Positions 62,238 through 64,000 of a stretch of 64,000 bases of DNA are shown here, one piece after another. The notes under the pieces are model-generated. The model did not search any database. It was not told where the DNA came from and was given only the letters and a program-made list of their open reading frames with translations. Location of the stretch: positions 3,508 to 67,507 of the forward strand of contig JANLWX010000019.1 in NCBI GenBank assembly GCA_031364845.1, in the 5' to 3' direction. A program made the position numbers and the translations under genes. Origin of the DNA: Candidatus Eiseniibacteriota bacterium (lineage in GTDB: Bacteria > Eisenbacteria > RBG-16-71-46). Numbering within the stretch: the stretch's first letter is position 1; each line of letters begins with the position of its first letter.

Positions 62238-62663
62238 TTATTTGGCTTTCGGATAGCGCGCCTTCGTATCGGCGACCGATCGAGCTACCAACGTCTCCAG
62301 GATCTTGAGATCGATATCCGCCAGGCGCCTGATGTAGATACAGACCTTCCCGGCTTTGTGTTTTCCAAGCTTGGCCATCAAGGCGTCACGACCTTCGAAG
62401 CTCTCCGCGGTGTAGACCACCAGCTCACGTCCCCGCACGGCGAACCCGGCGAGAGCGGAGTCGCCTTCGTGACCGCTCGCGTACTTGTAGTGGTAGCTCC
62501 CGAATCCGACGATGGTTGGTCCCCACATTTTTGGTTCTTGGCGGGTGACCTTTCGCATCAGCGCAATCAGGGTCCGGGCGTCATTCCGTTGCTCGTCGTT
62601 CGCAATGGCCGCGACATGGCTCGCGGCGCTGACTCTTGTGGGTTTGGTCTTGGGTGCCGGCAC
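62238..62663 (-). CDS. DUF1801-domain protein
   Basis: GAGGAGG RBS + GTG; PKMWGPTIVGFGSYHYKYASG, LGKHKAGKVCIYI. Confidence 0.9.
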   Translation of the reverse strand: MPAPKTKPTRVSAASHVAAIANDEQRNDARTLIALMRKVTRQEPKMWGPTIVGFGSYHYKYASGHEGDSALAGFAVRGRELVVYTAESFEGRDALMAKLGKHKAGKVCIYIRRLADIDLKILETLVARSVADTKARYPKAK

Positions 62664-62691
62664 ATGCGCCTCCTCGAGTTGGTCTACCAGG

Positions 62692-63971
62692 TCACGCGCC
62701 GAACGCCGCCATGATCCGCGCCACATGCCGCGCGTGCTTGAGATAGAGATCGATCCGCATGTTCTCATCCGGCGCATGCGCGCGCGTGTCGGGATGTCCC
62801 AGTCCGGCGCACGCGACCGGCACGCCGAGTTCGTGGATGAATGCATGGTTCGGCCCTGAGCCGCCGATCATCGGCACCACCTGCATTGGCACTCCATAGA
62901 TCGGCTCCGCGGTTTCGCTCACGAGCTTCCAGGAACGGATCATCGGGATCGCTGCAAGACATCCTCGGGCATCTGATCGGGCACCAGCCGGAAATCGACT
63001 TTTGCCGATGCCTGCGCGGGCAGCACGGTCTTGGAGCCCGCGCCCTGATAGCCCGACGTGAGGCCGCAGATCGTGCACGTAGGTTCGAACACTTCGGCGA
63101 CGCGCAGGTCGACACCGCCTTCGAGCCCGCGCAGGAACTTCGCGACGCCGTAGCGCTCACGATACTCACCGGCCACCTCGGGCAGCGCGGCCATCAACTC
63201 GCGGTCGCGCGCGGTGGGCTTGCGCACGGAGTCGTAGTGCCCCGGAATTCGAATGCGCTCGTCGCGATCCTTGAGTGTCGCGAGCGCCCACGTGAGCCGC
63301 CACGCGGCGTTCGGGAAGATCGAGCCGCCGAGCCCCGAGTGGATGTCGGTGCTCGCGGTCTCGACCGACAGTTCGACGTAGCAGATGCCGCGCAGGCCGG
63401 CGTACTGCATCGGCACTTCGCGGTGATCGACGCCGCCGAATTCCCACAGGCACGCGTCGGCAGCGAGCCGCTGCTTATGCGCGCGCACGAACGCCGGCAG
63501 ATGGACGCTGCCGACTTCCTCTTCGCCTTCGATCACGAACTTCACGCGGCATGGCAGTTCGCCCCATGCGGCGAGCATCGCGTCGATCGCGAACAGCCGC
63601 GCGACCAGATGTCCCTTGTCGTCGCTCACGCCGCGCCCGAACAACTTGCCGTCGCGGCGTGTCGCTTCGAACGGCGGGCTCGTCCACAGTTCGAGCGGCT
63701 CGGCGGGCTGGACGTCGTAGTGGTTGTAGATGAGGAGCGTCTTCTCGCTCCTGCCCGCGCGCTCGGCGACGATGGCCGGCGCTCCGCCGGTCGGCAGGAT
63801 CTCGGTCGCGAACCCGCGCGCGCGCAGCATGACGGCGACCATTTCGGCGCACGGTTCCATGCCGCGGTTCTGCGCGGCCACGCTCGGCTGCGCGACGAGC
63901 CGCGTGAGTTCGGTGAGGCTTTCGTCGAGATGCTGCTCGAGGTGGCGATCGACCTGAGTGAAATCGGTCAT
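62692..63971 (-). pseudogene. M20/ArgE-DapE family peptidase with an apparent internal deletion (~62951) and frameshift (~62930)
   Basis: YNHYDVQP, GRGVSDDKG, EGEEEVGS, DIHSG, DFRLVPDQ. After DVLQ the sequence jumps to DPDDPFL in another frame, then KLVSETAEP...AHAPDEN in a third frame. Confidence 0.7.
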
Positions 63972-64000
63972 TGAGGATCTCCGGAGCGAACGGTCGAACA

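Overview
High-GC bacterial chromosomal segment with dense coding. Signal peptides, lipoboxes and beta-barrel proteins point to a diderm. Seven secreted proteins share a FlgD-Ig/T9SS-CTD-like C-terminal tail, which fits an FCB-group lineage such as Ca. Eisenbacteria (inference). Family calls come from motif recognition by eye, not database searches. Housekeeping-type content: kdpFABC-porin-kdpDE, acnA, pilT, ettA, pip, an MsrPQ-like pair, a DAACS symporter, proteases and hydrolases. The best candidate for a new system is at 11583-13870. An ORF with a signal peptide is interrupted by two in-frame TGA codons spaced U-S-G-U, is followed by a SECIS-like hairpin, and continues in frame into a small outer-membrane beta-barrel. 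It sits directly upstream of a YHS/TRASH-thioredoxin (TlpA) fusion and yceI. This suggests a two-selenocysteine outer-membrane protein with a periplasmic redox partner. Other highlights: a 4.2 kb cassette of two copper-radical-oxidase-like genes flanked by duplicated 3' tails of two convergent host genes; a DUF4388 fused to a degenerate PilT next to pilT; a LeuD-LeuC fusion; an ATP-grasp/Zn-peptidase pair; tandem DUF4331 paralogs; and several frameshifted or deleted genes. No CRISPR array, rRNA, tRNA, integrase or transposase was seen.
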